Part shown: one piece after another, positions 28,946 through 40,561 of the stretch | Layout of the letters: each line of letters opens with the position of its first letter | How positions within the stretch are numbered: position 1 is the first letter of the stretch | Assembly: GCA_963677435.1 (NCBI GenBank) | Contig: OY781945.1 | Coordinates: 2,400,001 to 2,464,000 of the forward strand | Direction: 5' to 3' | DNA: 64,000 bases | Source: an uncultured Aliarcobacter sp. | GTDB lineage: Bacteria > Campylobacterota > Campylobacteria > Campylobacterales > Arcobacteraceae | Translations under genes and position numbers: made by a program | The notes under the pieces: generated by a model | Told to the model about the DNA's origin: nothing | Database searches by the model: none | The model's input: the letters and a program-made list of their open reading frames with translations, nothing else

Positions 28946-29344
28946 CTATTTTCCAGTAGTTGTAACGTTTTCGTCTTTAATCTTAGCTACTAAATCTTTT
29001 GCAGTTGAACCAATTAATTTAACTTTTTCAACTGATTTTGATAATTTATACACTGATTTAATAGAATCAAGTGTAATTTCATCAAGTGTTGCAATTTGAG
29101 ATACTTTATCAACATTGATAGAGTATGGTTTAACTGTTCTTGAAAAGAATCCAACTTTAGGAAGTCTTTTGTAAAGTGGTTGTTGACCACCTTCAAAACC
29201 TCTTTTAATTTTATAACCAGATCTAGCTTTTTGACCTTTGTTACCTTTTCCAGCTGTTTTACCAGTACCGCTACCTTGACCTCTACCAATTCTTTTAGTA
29301 TTTTTTGTACTACCAGCTGCTGGTTGTAAGTTATTTAATTCCAT
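28946..29344 (-). CDS. rplO: 50S ribosomal protein L15
   Basis: [18 protein letters not shown]. Confidence 0.98.
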   Translation of the reverse strand: MELNNLQPAAGSTKNTKRIGRGQGSGTGKTAGKGNKGQKARSGYKIKRGFEGGQQPLYKRLPKVGFFSRTVKPYSINVDKVSQIATLDEITLDSIKSVYKLSKSVEKVKLIGSTAKDLVAKIKDENVTTTGK

Positions 29345-29349
29345 AATTT

Positions 29350-29793
29350 CTATCCTTTAATCTTAGCTAATGCTTCAACAGTAGCTTGTACAAGGTTGTT
29401 TGGATTATTTGAACCTAAAGATTTTGCAATAATATCTTTAACTCCAGAAAGCTCAAGAACAGGTCTTGCAGCTCCTCCAGCGATAAGTCCAGTACCCTCA
29501 GATGCTGGTTTTAATAATATTTTACTTGCATTATATTTATGTTCAATATCATGTGCGATTGTAGTTCCTTTAATAGAAACAGTAACTAAGCTTTTAAATG
29601 CGTCATCTAATGCTTTTTTAATTGCATCAGGAACCTCTTTAGCTTTACCAGTTCCAAATCCTACTGTACCGTTTTTATCACCAACAACAACTAAAGCTGT
29701 AAATCTGAATCTTCTACCACCCTTTACAACTTTTGTTACTCTTCCGATTTTAACGATTGCTTCTTGAAAGTCTTCTCTATTTACTGCCATCAT
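29350..29793 (-). CDS. rpsE: 30S ribosomal protein S5
   Basis: [24 protein letters not shown]. Confidence 0.98.
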   Translation of the reverse strand: MMAVNREDFQEAIVKIGRVTKVVKGGRRFRFTALVVVGDKNGTVGFGTGKAKEVPDAIKKALDDAFKSLVTVSIKGTTIAHDIEHKYNASKILLKPASEGTGLIAGGAARPVLELSGVKDIIAKSLGSNNPNNLVQATVEALAKIKG

Positions 29794-29799
29794 TAACCC

Positions 29800-30159
29800 T
29801 TATAATTTGATACCATTTTCTCTTAATGCGTCAGCAAATGCTGCTACAACACCATGATAAAGATAACCATTTCTGTCATAAACAACTGATTCAATTCCAG
29901 CTGCTTTTAAGTTTTCAGCAAGTTGTGCTGCTACTTTTACTGCATTTTCTTTATTCACATTTAAACCCATAGCTTTTGAGCTAACTGCTGCTAAAGTTAC
30001 ACCTTCAACATCATTGATAGCTTGTGCACTAACGTATTTGTTAGATTTGAAAATTGATACTCTTGGCTTTTCAGCTGTACCAAAAATCGATCCTCTAACT
30101 CTTTTTTTTCTTTTGATTCTTAACGCATTTTTTTTTGCTAAATCTTTAATTCTACTCAT
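29800..30159 (-). CDS. rplR: 50S ribosomal protein L18
   Basis: [18 protein letters not shown]. Confidence 0.98.
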   Translation of the reverse strand: MSRIKDLAKKNALRIKRKKRVRGSIFGTAEKPRVSIFKSNKYVSAQAINDVEGVTLAAVSSKAMGLNVNKENAVKVAAQLAENLKAAGIESVVYDRNGYLYHGVVAAFADALRENGIKL

Positions 30160-30168
30160 AGTTACACC

Positions 30169-30705
30169 TTACTTCTTAGAAGTTTTTCCGGCTTTTCTGA
30201 TGATTTTCTCATCAGTATATTTAACACCTTTACCTTTGTACGGTTCTGGTTTTCTAAAGCCTCTAATAATTGCAGCAGCTTGACCAACTTGTTGTTTGTC
30301 AGCACCTTTTACATGAATTAAGTTTTTTTCAACAGTAACTTCTAATCCTTTTGGGATTTCATAGTTAATAGGATGAGAATAACCTAATTGTAGTTCTAAA
30401 ACTTCACCTTTTACAGCAGCTCTGTAACCAACACCATTGATTTCTAAAGATTTACTAAATCCTGTAGTAAGACCATTGATAGCATTAGCAGTTAAAGCTC
30501 TATAAGTTCCCCAAAATGCAGAAGATTCTTTTGTTTCACCATTTCTAGTTAATACAACTTGACCATCAGCTATTTCGATTCCAACTCTTCCGTGTGTTTC
30601 AATAGTAGAAACATTGTTCCCTTTTTTAACAGAAATGATAGAACCATTTACTGTTACTTCAATCCCAGCTGGGATTGCGATAGGTTTTTTTCCAATTCTA
30701 GACAT
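30169..30705 (-). CDS. rplF: 50S ribosomal protein L6
   Basis: [17 protein letters not shown]. Confidence 0.98.
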   Translation of the reverse strand: MSRIGKKPIAIPAGIEVTVNGSIISVKKGNNVSTIETHGRVGIEIADGQVVLTRNGETKESSAFWGTYRALTANAINGLTTGFSKSLEINGVGYRAAVKGEVLELQLGYSHPINYEIPKGLEVTVEKNLIHVKGADKQQVGQAAAIIRGFRKPEPYKGKGVKYTDEKIIRKAGKTSKK

Positions 30706-30714
30706 TACTCTCTC

Positions 30715-31113
30715 CTACCATACAGTACAAAGTACTTCACCACCAACATTAGCAGCAAATGCTTCATCATTAGCAATTACACCTTTGTTAGTTGAAACGA
30801 TAATAGTACCGTACCCATTTTTAAAGTTTTTAATTTCAGAAGCGTTTTTATAAACTCTTCTTCCTGGTTTAGAAACTCTTGTGATTTCATTGATTACTGA
30901 TTTCTCATTATCATCATATTTCAATTCAACTTGAATTGTTTTTTTATTGTTTTGTCCATCAATAACTTTGAATCCAGCAATATACTCTTTTTGTAATAAA
31001 ACGTTTAAAACACCTACTACAGTATTTGAGTGTAATAATGTTGCAACTTCTAATTTTCTCATTGCAGCATTTCTAATTCTTGTTAAAGCATCTGCGATTA
31101 TATCATTCATCAT
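30715..31113 (-). CDS. rpsH: 30S ribosomal protein S8
   Basis: [21 protein letters not shown]. Confidence 0.98.
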   Translation of the reverse strand: MMNDIIADALTRIRNAAMRKLEVATLLHSNTVVGVLNVLLQKEYIAGFKVIDGQNNKKTIQVELKYDDNEKSVINEITRVSKPGRRVYKNASEIKNFKNGYGTIIVSTNKGVIANDEAFAANVGGEVLCTVW

Positions 31114-31126
31114 AGCTTAAATTCTC

Positions 31127-31312
31127 CTACCAACTAGCTTTTCTAACACCAGGTAATAAACCTTCGTTAGCCATTTTTCTTAAACAAACTCTACATAAAC
31201 CAAAATCTTTATAAACAGAGTGAGGTCTTCCACAAACAGAACATCTTGTGTATGCTCTTACAGCAAACTTAGGTGTTCTTTGTTGTTTAGCGATCATAGA
31301 TTTCTTTGCCAT
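31127..31312 (-). CDS. rpsN: 30S ribosomal protein S14, Zn-binding type Z
   Basis: RCSVCGR...LCRVCLR...PGVRKASW. Confidence 0.98.
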   Translation of the reverse strand: MAKKSMIAKQQRTPKFAVRAYTRCSVCGRPHSVYKDFGLCRVCLRKMANEGLLPGVRKASW

Positions 31313-31860
31313 TACGCTCTTCCTTTTGTAAATGGAATTCCTACTAATTCTAATAATCTGAATGATTCAGCGTCATTAGTTGAACTAGTAGTAATTGAAA
31401 TATTCATACCATGAGTTTTAATAATGTTATCATATACAACTTCTGGGAACATTAATTGCTCATCTAAACCAAAGTTGAAGTTACCTCTACCATCAAAACC
31501 ATTTTTGTTAAGACCTCTAAAGTCTTTTACTCTTGGTAATGCAACGTTACATAATTTATCTAAGAAGTTATACATTTGCTCACCTCTTAAAGTAACTTTT
31601 ACACCAACTGGCATACCTTCTCTAACTTTAAACCCTGCAACAGATTTTTTAGCAATAACTTTAACAGCTCTTTGACCAGCTATTAAAGAGATTGTATCTT
31701 CAATATTTTGGATTAATTTAGAATCTTTCATCGCTTCACCAGCACCAACTGAAATAACAACTTTTTCTAACTTTGCAGTTAAAGTTTTATTTTTTGGAAA
31801 CTCAGTTTCTAATACTGGTTTGATTTCTGATTTATATTTTTCAAATAATCTTGATGCCAT
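31312..31860 (-). CDS. rplE: 50S ribosomal protein L5
   Basis: [24 protein letters not shown] at 31860. Confidence 0.98.
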   Translation of the reverse strand: MASRLFEKYKSEIKPVLETEFPKNKTLTAKLEKVVISVGAGEAMKDSKLIQNIEDTISLIAGQRAVKVIAKKSVAGFKVREGMPVGVKVTLRGEQMYNFLDKLCNVALPRVKDFRGLNKNGFDGRGNFNFGLDEQLMFPEVVYDNIIKTHGMNISITTSSTNDAESFRLLELVGIPFTKGRA

Positions 31861-31861
31861 C

Positions 31862-32101
31862 TTACTCACCTTCTACTTTTGCTACATTTGAAATGTCAAT
31901 TGGCATTTCTTTGTTAATAAATCCACCATCTGGATTTTTTTCTTGGTCAGGTTTAACAGTTTTTTTAGCAACTTTACAATCTTTTACGATTACTTTATTT
32001 TTAGAAGGTAATACTCTTAAAACTTCTCCAGTTTTACCTTTGTCATCTCCAGCGATAATTTTTACAGTATCACCTTTTTTGATTTTTAATTTAATTGCCA
32101 T
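31862..32101 (-). CDS. rplX: 50S ribosomal protein L24
   Basis: [26 protein letters not shown] at 32101. Confidence 0.97.
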   Translation of the reverse strand: MAIKLKIKKGDTVKIIAGDDKGKTGEVLRVLPSKNKVIVKDCKVAKKTVKPDQEKNPDGGFINKEMPIDISNVAKVEGE

Positions 32102-32102
32102 A

Positions 32103-32471
32103 TTATAATACCTCCGGTGCAAGTGAAACGATTTTCATGAAACCTGAATATCTAACTTCTCTAGCAACTGGTCCAAAGATTCTTGTTCCAACTGGTTCTC
32201 TTTTTGCATCAAGAATAACCGCTGCGTTGTCGTCAAATCTAATTAATGAACCATTTTCTCTTTGAACTTCTTTATGAGTTCTAACAACTACTGCTTTAAC
32301 AACTTGACCTTTTTTGATCTTACCAGTTGGTAGAGCTTTTTTAACTGAAGCAACAATAACATCACCAACAGTTGCATATCTTCTTTTAGAACCACCTAAA
32401 ACTTTGATACACATAATCTCTTTAGCACCTGTATTGTCAGCTACGTTTAATCTTGTAAAACTTTGAATCAT
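32103..32471 (-). CDS. rplN: 50S ribosomal protein L14
   Basis: [16 protein letters not shown]. Confidence 0.98.
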   Translation of the reverse strand: MIQSFTRLNVADNTGAKEIMCIKVLGGSKRRYATVGDVIVASVKKALPTGKIKKGQVVKAVVVRTHKEVQRENGSLIRFDDNAAVILDAKREPVGTRIFGPVAREVRYSGFMKIVSLAPEVL

Positions 32472-32722
32472 TATTTAACTCCTGTAGCTACAATTGTCTT
32501 TAATCTAAAAGATTTAGTCTTTGACAATGGTCTACACTCAACAGCGATAACACTATCTCCAACATTTAATTCATTTCTTTCGTCATGTACTAAATATTTT
32601 TTAAATCTTTTTACAGTTTTGTGATATTTTGGATGCATAACAGATCTTGTAACTAATACAGATGCTGTTTTGTCTCCAGAGTTTTTTACCACTACACCTT
32701 GAATCTCTCTTTTATGTGTCAT
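32471..32722 (-). CDS. rpsQ: 30S ribosomal protein S17
   Basis: [15 protein letters not shown]. Confidence 0.98.
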   Translation of the reverse strand: MTHKREIQGVVVKNSGDKTASVLVTRSVMHPKYHKTVKRFKKYLVHDERNELNVGDSVIAVECRPLSKTKSFRLKTIVATGVK

Positions 32723-32732
32723 ACTTAGATCC

Positions 32733-32924
32733 TTAGTTAGCTTTTGCAGCAGTCATAGCTGTTTGAATTTTAGCGATGTCTTTTTTAGCCACTCTTAATT
32801 CAGAAGTATTTGTTAACTGCATTGTTTTTAGCTTAGCTTTTAATTCAAAAAGAAGCACCTTTTTCTCTTTTAATAATGCTTGAAGTTCATTCAAGTTTTT
32901 GTCTTTTAAATCAGTATAGTTCAT
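32733..32924 (-). CDS. rpmC: 50S ribosomal protein L29
   Basis: Operon position; KKDIAKIQT. Confidence 0.95.
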   Translation of the reverse strand: MNYTDLKDKNLNELQALLKEKKVLLFELKAKLKTMQLTNTSELRVAKKDIAKIQTAMTAAKAN

Positions 32925-33336
32925 TTTCGCTATCTCTTGTTACAATTTTAGTTTTAAATGGTAGCTTGTGCATTGCTAAAGTTAAAGCTTCTCTAGCTAA
33001 TTCATCAGATACTCCAGCCATTTCAAAACAAATTCTTCCAGGCTTAATGTTCATAACCCATTTATCAACAGAACCTTTACCTTTACCCATTCTTGTTTCT
33101 AATGGTTTAGCAGTAAGTGGTTTATCAGGGAATACCATAATCCAAACTTTTGCTTGTCTCTTAACTTTTCTAGTCATCGCAATTCTTGATGCTTCGATTT
33201 GTCTTGAATCAATTCTACCGTGTTCTACAGCTTTAATACCGATATCTCCGTATGCTAAAGAGTTTCCTCTATGAGCCATACCTCTATTTCGGCCTTTCAT
33301 CATTTTTCTAAATTTCGTTCTTTTAGGCATTAACAT
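32911..33336 (-). CDS. rplP: 50S ribosomal protein L16
   Basis: [18 protein letters not shown]. Confidence 0.98.
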   Translation of the reverse strand: MLMPKRTKFRKMMKGRNRGMAHRGNSLAYGDIGIKAVEHGRIDSRQIEASRIAMTRKVKRQAKVWIMVFPDKPLTAKPLETRMGKGKGSVDKWVMNIKPGRICFEMAGVSDELAREALTLAMHKLPFKTKIVTRDSENELY

Positions 33337-33338
33337 AA

Positions 33339-34043
33339 TTATTTACCTCTTTTCTTAGTTGGTCTTCTTTTAGGTTTAGAAGAAGTGTCTTCAGCTTTTT
33401 CAGTTGGAATACCTTTAGCTAATACTTCACCTTTGAAAATCCAAACTTTGATACCGATACAACCATAAGTTGTATGAGCTTCAGCAAAACCATAATCAAT
33501 TCTTGCTCTTAAAGTATGTAAAGGAACTCTACCTTCTAAATACCACTCAGTTCTTGCCATTTCAGCTCCACCAAGTCTACCAGAAACAGATACTTTAATA
33601 CCTTTTGCTCCACCTTTTAATGCGTTTTGCATAACTCTTTTCATAGCTCTTCTGAATGCAACTCTTCTTTCTAATTGTTGAGCAACATTTTCAGCAGATA
33701 ATTGAGCAGAAGTTTGAGGTTTTCTCTCTTCTTTAATATTTACAGCGATTTCTTTACCAACTAGTTTTGAAAGTGCATCTTTTAGTTTTTCAACATCTGC
33801 ACCTTTTTTACCGATAATAATACCAGGTCTAGCAGCTACAACTGTAACTCTAACTTTTTTTGCAGTTCTCTCAACGATAGTTTGAGCAATTCCAGCATAG
33901 TATAATTCTTTTTTAACATACTTTCTGATTTTGTCATCTTCTGCAACGTTTGCTGGCATTGTTTCAAATTTAGGAAACCATCTTGATTCCCAATTTCTAT
34001 TAATACCTAATCTTAAACCTATTGGATTAACTTTTTGACCCAT
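33339..34043 (-). CDS. rpsC: 30S ribosomal protein S3
   Basis: [23 protein letters not shown]. Confidence 0.98.
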   Translation of the reverse strand: MGQKVNPIGLRLGINRNWESRWFPKFETMPANVAEDDKIRKYVKKELYYAGIAQTIVERTAKKVRVTVVAARPGIIIGKKGADVEKLKDALSKLVGKEIAVNIKEERKPQTSAQLSAENVAQQLERRVAFRRAMKRVMQNALKGGAKGIKVSVSGRLGGAEMARTEWYLEGRVPLHTLRARIDYGFAEAHTTYGCIGIKVWIFKGEVLAKGIPTEKAEDTSSKPKRRPTKKRGK

Positions 34044-34375
34044 TACTTATCTCCTTTAGTTGCAGCAGCTACTTCAATCATAATATGTGCAGTTGGTTTG
34101 TGTCTTGGAGAAGCAGAACCTCTTGCTCTTGGAGTAAATCTCTTAAGAACTGGACCTTTATCAACTCTTGCAGATACAACAACAGCGTCAACTGGATCTA
34201 AACCTGCATTTGCTACAGCTGAAGCTATAACTTTTGAAATAATTCCAGCAGCTTTATTTGGAGTAAATTGTAAAGATGCGATTGCATACTCTGCATTCAT
34301 TCCTTGAACTTCTCTAGCTATTAATCTAGCTTTAATTGGAGAAAGTCTAATAAATTTTAATATTGCTTTAGCCAT
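34043..34375 (-). CDS. rplV: 50S ribosomal protein L22
   Basis: SPIKARL, PRARG. Confidence 0.98.
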   Translation of the reverse strand: MAKAILKFIRLSPIKARLIAREVQGMNAEYAIASLQFTPNKAAGIISKVIASAVANAGLDPVDAVVVSARVDKGPVLKRFTPRARGSASPRHKPTAHIMIEVAAATKGDK

Positions 34376-34377
34376 TC

Positions 34378-34653
34378 TTATGCCTTTCTTTGAACAGAAC
34401 CTTTATGGCCCTTAAATGTTCTAGTTGGTGCGAATTCACCTAATTTATATCCAACATGGTTCTCAGTAACATTAACTGGAACGAAGTTTCTTCCATTGTG
34501 CACATTGAAAGTTAATCCGATCATATCTGGTAATACAGTAGATCTTCTTGACCAAGTTTTAATTGGTTTTTTATCATTAGCTTCGTTAGCTTTGATAACT
34601 TTCTTCATTAGGTGTGCGTCTACGAATGGACCTTTTTTTATCGATCTTGCCAT
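34378..34653 (-). CDS. rpsS: 30S ribosomal protein S19
   Basis: [19 protein letters not shown]. Confidence 0.98.
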   Translation of the reverse strand: MARSIKKGPFVDAHLMKKVIKANEANDKKPIKTWSRRSTVLPDMIGLTFNVHNGRNFVPVNVTENHVGYKLGEFAPTRTFKGHKGSVQRKA

Positions 34654-34662
34654 CTTAAACCC

Positions 34663-35490
34663 TTACTTCTTTCTTTTTGAAATGATTAGTTTATCACTAG
34701 CTTTTTTCTTTCTAGTTTTATAACCTTTAGTTGGCATACCCCATGGAGTAACAGGATGTCTACCAGAGTTAGTTTTACCTTCACCACCACCATGAGGGTG
34801 ATCAATAGGATTCATTGCTGAACCTCTAGTTTGAGGTCTAATACCAAGGTGTCTACTTCTACCAGCTTTACCAACAACCATGTTAGAGAAATCTTCGTTT
34901 CCAACTACACCAATTGTAGCTATACAAACACCAAGAATTTTTCTCATTTCACCAGATGGTAATCTCATGATAACATATTTGTCTTCTCTACCCATAATTT
35001 GAGCATATCCACCAGCAGATCTAGCGATTTGTCCACCTTTACCTGGTTTCATTTCTATATTATGAACCATTGTTCCAACAGGGATACTCATTAATCTCAT
35101 TGCATTACCAGGTAAGATATCAAGTCCAGATTCAGCAGCTTGTACTTTATCTCCAACTTTTAATCCAGATGGTTGAATGATATATCTTTTATCACCGTCT
35201 AGGTAAGTAACTAAACAAATTCTACAGTTTCTATATGGATCGTATTCAACAGTTGAAATTGTACCTTCAACACCGAATTTATCTCTTTTGAAATCAATAA
35301 TTCTATATAATTTTTTAGCACCTGCTTCTTTGTGTCTAGATGTAATTCTACCGTTATTATTTCTACCAGCGTTTGCTTTTACTCTTACAAGTAAAGATTT
35401 TACAGTTGGTTTAGAAGTAATATCTGAAGTATCCATAACAGACATAAATCTTCTTGCAGGAGTTATTGGTCTAAATTTTTTAATTGCCAT
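34663..35490 (-). CDS. rplB: 50S ribosomal protein L2
   Basis: [23 protein letters not shown]. Confidence 0.98.
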   Translation of the reverse strand: MAIKKFRPITPARRFMSVMDTSDITSKPTVKSLLVRVKANAGRNNNGRITSRHKEAGAKKLYRIIDFKRDKFGVEGTISTVEYDPYRNCRICLVTYLDGDKRYIIQPSGLKVGDKVQAAESGLDILPGNAMRLMSIPVGTMVHNIEMKPGKGGQIARSAGGYAQIMGREDKYVIMRLPSGEMRKILGVCIATIGVVGNEDFSNMVVGKAGRSRHLGIRPQTRGSAMNPIDHPHGGGEGKTNSGRHPVTPWGMPTKGYKTRKKKASDKLIISKRKK

Positions 35491-35501
35491 CTATAATCCC
35501 C

Positions 35502-35783
35502 TTAAGCTGAAAGGTTCGCAATTGCTGCGCCCTCTGGTAATGTTACATAGAATTTTTTGAAATCAGGTCTTTTACCTATTTTCCCTTTAAATCTTTTTAC
35601 TTTACCATTTTGTCTTAAAGAATTTACTTTTGAAGGAGTTACTCCAAAATATTCTTTAAATACTTCTTTTAAACCGTTTTTAGTCATTCTAGGACTAGTT
35701 TGAACAACGATTACACCATTTTCTTGAAGCTCAATTGTTTTTTCTGTATATAATATTGCTTTAATATCTGTAATATCTGCCAT
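35502..35783 (-). CDS. rplW: 50S ribosomal protein L23
   Basis: TEK, KKFYVTL; operon position. Confidence 0.96.
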   Translation of the reverse strand: MADITDIKAILYTEKTIELQENGVIVVQTSPRMTKNGLKEVFKEYFGVTPSKVNSLRQNGKVKRFKGKIGKRPDFKKFYVTLPEGAAIANLSA

Positions 35784-35784
35784 C

Positions 35785-36396
35785 TTAAGCCTCTTTTGTT
35801 AATGCATCAAGTACTGATTTTTCAATAAGTACTGAGTGGTATGCAGCAATTAAATAAGCGTTAACTTCTTGCTTTTCAACCATATAACAGTTTTTAATGT
35901 TTCTAAACGCTAAGTAAGTTTTTTCATCAATTGTATCACATACAATTAATGTATCTCTTTTGTTTATTTTACCTAAAACTGCAACTGCTTCTTTAGTTTT
36001 TCCTGACTCAATAGTAATTGAATCAACAACAAATAAAGTACTATTATTTGCTTGAGCATTGATAGCATATTTTAATGCTAATGCTTTTTGTTTTTTGTTA
36101 ACTTTTTGGTTATAGTTTCTTTTAGTAGGTCCAAATGCTTGACCCCCACCAACGAATAAAGGAGATCTTTTTGAACCCCATCTAGCTGCACCAGAACCTT
36201 TTTGAGCTTTAGGTTTTTTACCACCACCGCTTACTTCAGCTCTTGTTTTAGCTCTTGCTGTATTTGATCTTAATGCCGCTAAGTAAGATTTAACATATAA
36301 ATATAAATTATGTTTGTTAATTTCTTCATAACTAGCTGGTAAAACTACTTCACCACTATTTTCAAATTTTTCATTTAATACTATTGCTTTGCTCAT
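35785..36396 (-). CDS. rplD: 50S ribosomal protein L4
   Basis: [18 protein letters not shown]. Confidence 0.98.
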   Translation of the reverse strand: MSKAIVLNEKFENSGEVVLPASYEEINKHNLYLYVKSYLAALRSNTARAKTRAEVSGGGKKPKAQKGSGAARWGSKRSPLFVGGGQAFGPTKRNYNQKVNKKQKALALKYAINAQANNSTLFVVDSITIESGKTKEAVAVLGKINKRDTLIVCDTIDEKTYLAFRNIKNCYMVEKQEVNAYLIAAYHSVLIEKSVLDALTKEA

Positions 36397-36968
36397 TTAG
36401 CAACCTTTACTTTTCCTAATGCTCCGTTTGGACCAGATACTGAACCTTTAAGAACTAAAATTCCAGTTTCAGCGTCAAATGAAATAACATCATTTTTAAC
36501 AGATACATTTGTATTTCCGTATTGCCCTGGCATTTTTTTACCTGGCTGAACTCTACCTGGCCATTCGCAGTTACCGATTGAACCAACTCTTCTACCCATT
36601 CTGTGACCGTGTGATGCTCTACCACCCGCAAAATTCCATCTTTTAACAGCTCCAGTAAACCCTCTACCTTTTGTTTTAAAAGTTGTTTTTAACGTTTGTG
36701 CTTCACTTAATCCAGAAACATCTAAATCACCAGCTTCAGCATTTGCTACAGTCATTGTTGCAAATCTGTTAAACTCTTTAGACAAGTTGTATTTTTTTTG
36801 TATACCTTCGATAGCTTTGTTAAATTTTTTACCATTGCTATAAGATACAATTGCTACACCGTCAGTCACTTCACACACTTTAGTATCAAGAACTTTTAAA
36901 AGTGTAACAGGAGTACTTGGAACAGAAACTGTTCTACTCATACCGATTTTTTGAACTATAAATTCCAT
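36393..36968 (-). CDS. rplC: 50S ribosomal protein L3
   Basis: [22 protein letters not shown]. Confidence 0.98.
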   Translation of the reverse strand: MEFIVQKIGMSRTVSVPSTPVTLLKVLDTKVCEVTDGVAIVSYSNGKKFNKAIEGIQKKYNLSKEFNRFATMTVANAEAGDLDVSGLSEAQTLKTTFKTKGRGFTGAVKRWNFAGGRASHGHRMGRRVGSIGNCEWPGRVQPGKKMPGQYGNTNVSVKNDVISFDAETGILVLKGSVSGPNGALGKVKVAK

Positions 36969-36986
36969 CTATATTACCCTTTCTTC

Positions 36987-37301
36987 TTATTCTTGACCCA
37001 TAGATCTAACTTCAACATCAACTTCAGGAGCTAAGTCAAGTTTCATTAACGAATCTACAGTATCTGGAGTTGCAGCTATAATATCAATAATTCTTGAATG
37101 AACTCTGATTTCAAATTGCTCTCTAGAATCCTTATTTACGTGAGGACCTTTAATAACTGTATATCTTCTGATTTTTGTAGGAAGAGGGATTGGACCTCTC
37201 AAATCAGCACCAGTTCTTTTAACGGCTTCAACAATTGAAGCAACACTTCTGTCTAAAACTCTGTGATCATAAGCTTTAAGCTTTAATCTAATTTTTTCCA
37301 T
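36987..37301 (-). CDS. rpsJ: 30S ribosomal protein S10
   Basis: [23 protein letters not shown]. Confidence 0.98.
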   Translation of the reverse strand: MEKIRLKLKAYDHRVLDRSVASIVEAVKRTGADLRGPIPLPTKIRRYTVIKGPHVNKDSREQFEIRVHSRIIDIIAATPDTVDSLMKLDLAPEVDVEVRSMGQE

Positions 37302-37366
37302 TTTTTTCCTTTAAAGAACTCGTTAGATGCGCATAAATGCACTCTAACCACATTTAGTGGACGCGG

Positions 37367-37395
37367 ATTATAACTTAATAGTAGTTAAATGTCAA
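37367..37395 (-). promoter_or_regulatory. Consensus sigma70 promoter of the S10 operon
   Basis: Minus strand TTGACA (37395-37390), 17 nt, TATAAT (37372-37367), followed by a GC-rich discriminator CCGCGTCC. Confidence 0.88.
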
Positions 37396-37506
37396 GTATT
37401 ATGGGGCTTCACAGAAAAAGTTCTTATTTTTATTTCCTTTTATAAAGGACAATATTGATAGTTTATGGAGTATAATAAGTTTCCATTAAGGATAAGAATA
37501 AAATTC

Positions 37507-38751
37507 TTATCCTTGGTAAAATCCTGAGAAAAGTAAAATATCATCATTATTTTTGTTTTCTGAATCTTTAATTATCAAATCTTTTAGGATTTCTCCTACA
37601 CTTGGAGCGAATGTCATTCCTAGCCATCCTAGACCCATTCCGTAGATTAAGTTCTTGTACTCTTCATCTCTTCCAATTAAGGGCATATCATTTGGCGTTA
37701 GTGGTCTAAATCCACTCCATTCAACAATATCTTCCATTTCAAAAGGAATTGTATATTTTTTGAAATTTTCTTTTATACTTTCTATTTGTTCTTTTATAAC
37801 TCTTGGATCTGTTGAACCTAATTCTAGTTTTGAAGTAATTCTTACATCATTTCTTCTTGGAGTCATAACTATAAATAAATCAGCAAACAGTGTTGAAGTT
37901 TTGGGTTCTAACTCTTTTGGCATAGTAAAAGTTATACTATAACCTTTTGCAGGAGTCAGCATAAGTTCTTTTTTTCTAATATCAGATAATAAAGTTTGGT
38001 AACCTGTAGATAAAACATAAGTTTCTGCTTCGTAAGTATTTAAAGCGGAACTAATACTTGCAACTTTTTTATCTTTGAATTTGATGTTACTTATTCTTTC
38101 ATTTAAAATAAATTCAACACCATTTTTTGATAAATAGTTTTTCATTTCAAGCATTACTCTTTTTGGATCAAAATGAGCATTTCTTTTAAATAGTATTGCA
38201 CCTTTTATTTTTTCATTTCCTAAAGGTAAATACTCTTTTATTTTTGCACTATCAAAAATTTCAAATCTGTCATTATCAACAAAATTATATTTTGCAAGTT
38301 TTTTTTCATAACTTTTTTCTTCTGTAAAAACACTAAGCATTCCATCATGGTGAAAATCAAAATCCAAACCATCATCAATTTGCATTTGTTTATATCTATC
38401 AATTGTTATTTGTCCATATTTTTCAAATAAGGCTAAGGTTCTTTTTAATCTATCTTCATTTGCACTTTGGACAAATTTAAAAAGCCAACGAAAGAGTTTA
38501 TAATCTAATTTTGGATGAATATTTACAGGTGATTCTCCTTTTATCATTAGTTTAAGAGTATCAAGAACTACACCTGGATTTGATAATGGAGTTTTATCAA
38601 AGGCTGAAAGTAAACCAGCATTCCCAAAAGAAGTATTATCACTTATATCTGTTTCATCTATAACTGTTACACTTCTTCCAGCTTTTTGTAAAGAATAAGC
38701 AGTCATAAGTCCTACAACTCCACCACCTATTATTATCACATCTCTTTTCAT
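37507..38751 (-). CDS. FAD-dependent oxidoreductase, D-amino acid dehydrogenase (DadA) family
   Basis: IIGGGVVG, TSFGNAG, PAKGYSIT, WSGFRPLTP..PLIG. Confidence 0.88.
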   Translation of the reverse strand: MKRDVIIIGGGVVGLMTAYSLQKAGRSVTVIDETDISDNTSFGNAGLLSAFDKTPLSNPGVVLDTLKLMIKGESPVNIHPKLDYKLFRWLFKFVQSANEDRLKRTLALFEKYGQITIDRYKQMQIDDGLDFDFHHDGMLSVFTEEKSYEKKLAKYNFVDNDRFEIFDSAKIKEYLPLGNEKIKGAILFKRNAHFDPKRVMLEMKNYLSKNGVEFILNERISNIKFKDKKVASISSALNTYEAETYVLSTGYQTLLSDIRKKELMLTPAKGYSITFTMPKELEPKTSTLFADLFIVMTPRRNDVRITSKLELGSTDPRVIKEQIESIKENFKKYTIPFEMEDIVEWSGFRPLTPNDMPLIGRDEEYKNLIYGMGLGWLGMTFAPSVGEILKDLIIKDSENKNNDDILLFSGFYQG

Positions 38752-38762
38752 TTCTTCTCCTT

Positions 38763-39992
38763 TTAATCTTTTATATTATTCCCACAATTAGTACAATAAG
38801 ATAAACCTTTTATTGTCATATGGTGGCATTCGTTACACTCAATTCTTAGTTGATTTTGACAACAAGGACAAAAATTTATTGTTTTAAAATCAACACTATT
38901 TCCGCAATTATTACAAATATTTTTATTATAAGACTCTATTTTACTTATACTATTATTCTTTAATCTATTGTTATTTTCTTTGTATCTTTTTTGTACTTTT
39001 ATTATTAAAAATCCAAATATAAAAACAAATATAATAATTACAAAATAGTAAACTACAAAAGGAATTTCTAAAGTATAAAAGAAATTCATAACTTTTTGTA
39101 TAAATATTTTTGGCAATAAGTCATAAATAGAACTAAATATTGATATAAGAGTTGGTATTAGTGTTATTATAAAAATATTTTTAAACATTACATATAATAT
39201 ATACTTTTCTTTTATCAAATATCTTTTCATTAAATAGAAAGATATCGAAACTAAAGGAAGTAAAAATAGTAAAGTAATCAATTCTATTTTTATACTATAC
39301 TCTTTATTTGATTTTTCTATATCATTATTTATTTGTTCTTTATTTTCATTTACATAAGAAATTAAATCATTTACACTTTTTGATTGATTAAAGTTATTGT
39401 TAAACTCTTCTTTATTTTTTTGTATTTTTTCTAATTCTTTTTGATATGAATCATATTTTTCTTTGATATTTTGCGTTGTAAGATTATCTTTTATTATTGA
39501 TTTATCTGTATTTTGTGAACTAATTTTTTCAAATAAAACTGTATTATAATTCTCTTTTATATAATAAAGTTCATCATTTATTTTATTTTCACTGTTTAAT
39601 AACTTATTATAACTTGTAATTAGTTGTTTAATATCGTGCTCTTTTTTAACAGATTCAACTTTTATATTTACTTTTTTACATCTATTATCAACTAAAGTAT
39701 CTTTTATATCTTGGTACTTATCATTATAATAGTTGCTAGTATAATTATCATTTGAATAAATATATTGTTTAAAATCACCAAGGTAAGAGTTATTAATTAC
39801 ATCTCGACATTTGTAAGGGAATGTTACATAAGGACTATTTAAAACTCTAGTTTGAAAATCAATTCCCAAATTTAGAGTACTATAAATAAGTATATCAAGC
39901 ACAATAATAAAGAAAATTGTAAGTTTAGACAATTTTTCTTTACTATTATAAACAAAGTTGTTTTTATAAAAAGTTTTTACATTAAATTTCAA
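38763..39992 (-). CDS. Membrane protein with C-terminal double zinc ribbon
   Basis: N-terminal TM, coiled coil, 3 TM, then CNNC/CPCC/CNEC/CTNC; TTG start with SD AGGAG. Confidence 0.8.
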   Translation of the reverse strand: MKFNVKTFYKNNFVYNSKEKLSKLTIFFIIVLDILIYSTLNLGIDFQTRVLNSPYVTFPYKCRDVINNSYLGDFKQYIYSNDNYTSNYYNDKYQDIKDTLVDNRCKKVNIKVESVKKEHDIKQLITSYNKLLNSENKINDELYYIKENYNTVLFEKISSQNTDKSIIKDNLTTQNIKEKYDSYQKELEKIQKNKEEFNNNFNQSKSVNDLISYVNENKEQINNDIEKSNKEYSIKIELITLLFLLPLVSISFYLMKRYLIKEKYILYVMFKNIFIITLIPTLISIFSSIYDLLPKIFIQKVMNFFYTLEIPFVVYYFVIIIFVFIFGFLIIKVQKRYKENNNRLKNNSISKIESYNKNICNNCGNSVDFKTINFCPCCQNQLRIECNECHHMTIKGLSYCTNCGNNIKD

Positions 39993-40058
39993 AATAACTC
40001 CTAAATCATTTTAGTTGTTATTTTACTCTTTTATTTATTGGTTTAAATGAAATATCAC

Positions 40059-40547
40059 TTAAATAAAATATTTTGAAGCATTATCTTTTAATTTTCTGAA
40101 AATTTCATCAAATGAAGCTGGATAAATTCTAGCTCCACTAATAGAGCTTATAAAATTTGTGTCACCAAGCCATCGCGGAAGCATATGATAGTGAACATGT
40201 TGTTCAATACCTGCACCTGCTGCTTTTCCAAGATTCATTCCAATATTTACACCCTCACATGGCATAATTTCTTTTAATAGTTTTACACCTTGTTTTACTC
40301 GTATGCTCATTTGCGTCCAAACTTCATCTGGTAAATCTTCAATATTTGATGTATGAAAAAATGGAATAACCATCATATGGCCTGGACTATAGGGAAACTT
40401 ATTCATTACAATATAACAGTGTTCATCTGCAAATAAAACTTGCATCTTTTCATCATCAATATTTTTAGCAATATGACAGAATACACAACCTTCTATTTTC
40501 TCTTCACTTACATAATTATATCGCCATGGTGCATATAAATGTTCCAT
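40059..40547 (-). CDS. HIT family nucleotide hydrolase
   Basis: LYAPWR, CVFC, NKFPYSPGH, HVHYHML. Confidence 0.93.
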   Translation of the reverse strand: MEHLYAPWRYNYVSEEKIEGCVFCHIAKNIDDEKMQVLFADEHCYIVMNKFPYSPGHMMVIPFFHTSNIEDLPDEVWTQMSIRVKQGVKLLKEIMPCEGVNIGMNLGKAAGAGIEQHVHYHMLPRWLGDTNFISSISGARIYPASFDEIFRKLKDNASKYFI

Positions 40548-40561
40548 TTTATTTCCTTATT

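Noticed and set aside
27123..35560. Numerous short antisense or alternative-frame ORFs inside the ribosomal protein cluster
   Set aside because: They fully overlap highly conserved genes, as expected for strongly biased coding sequence
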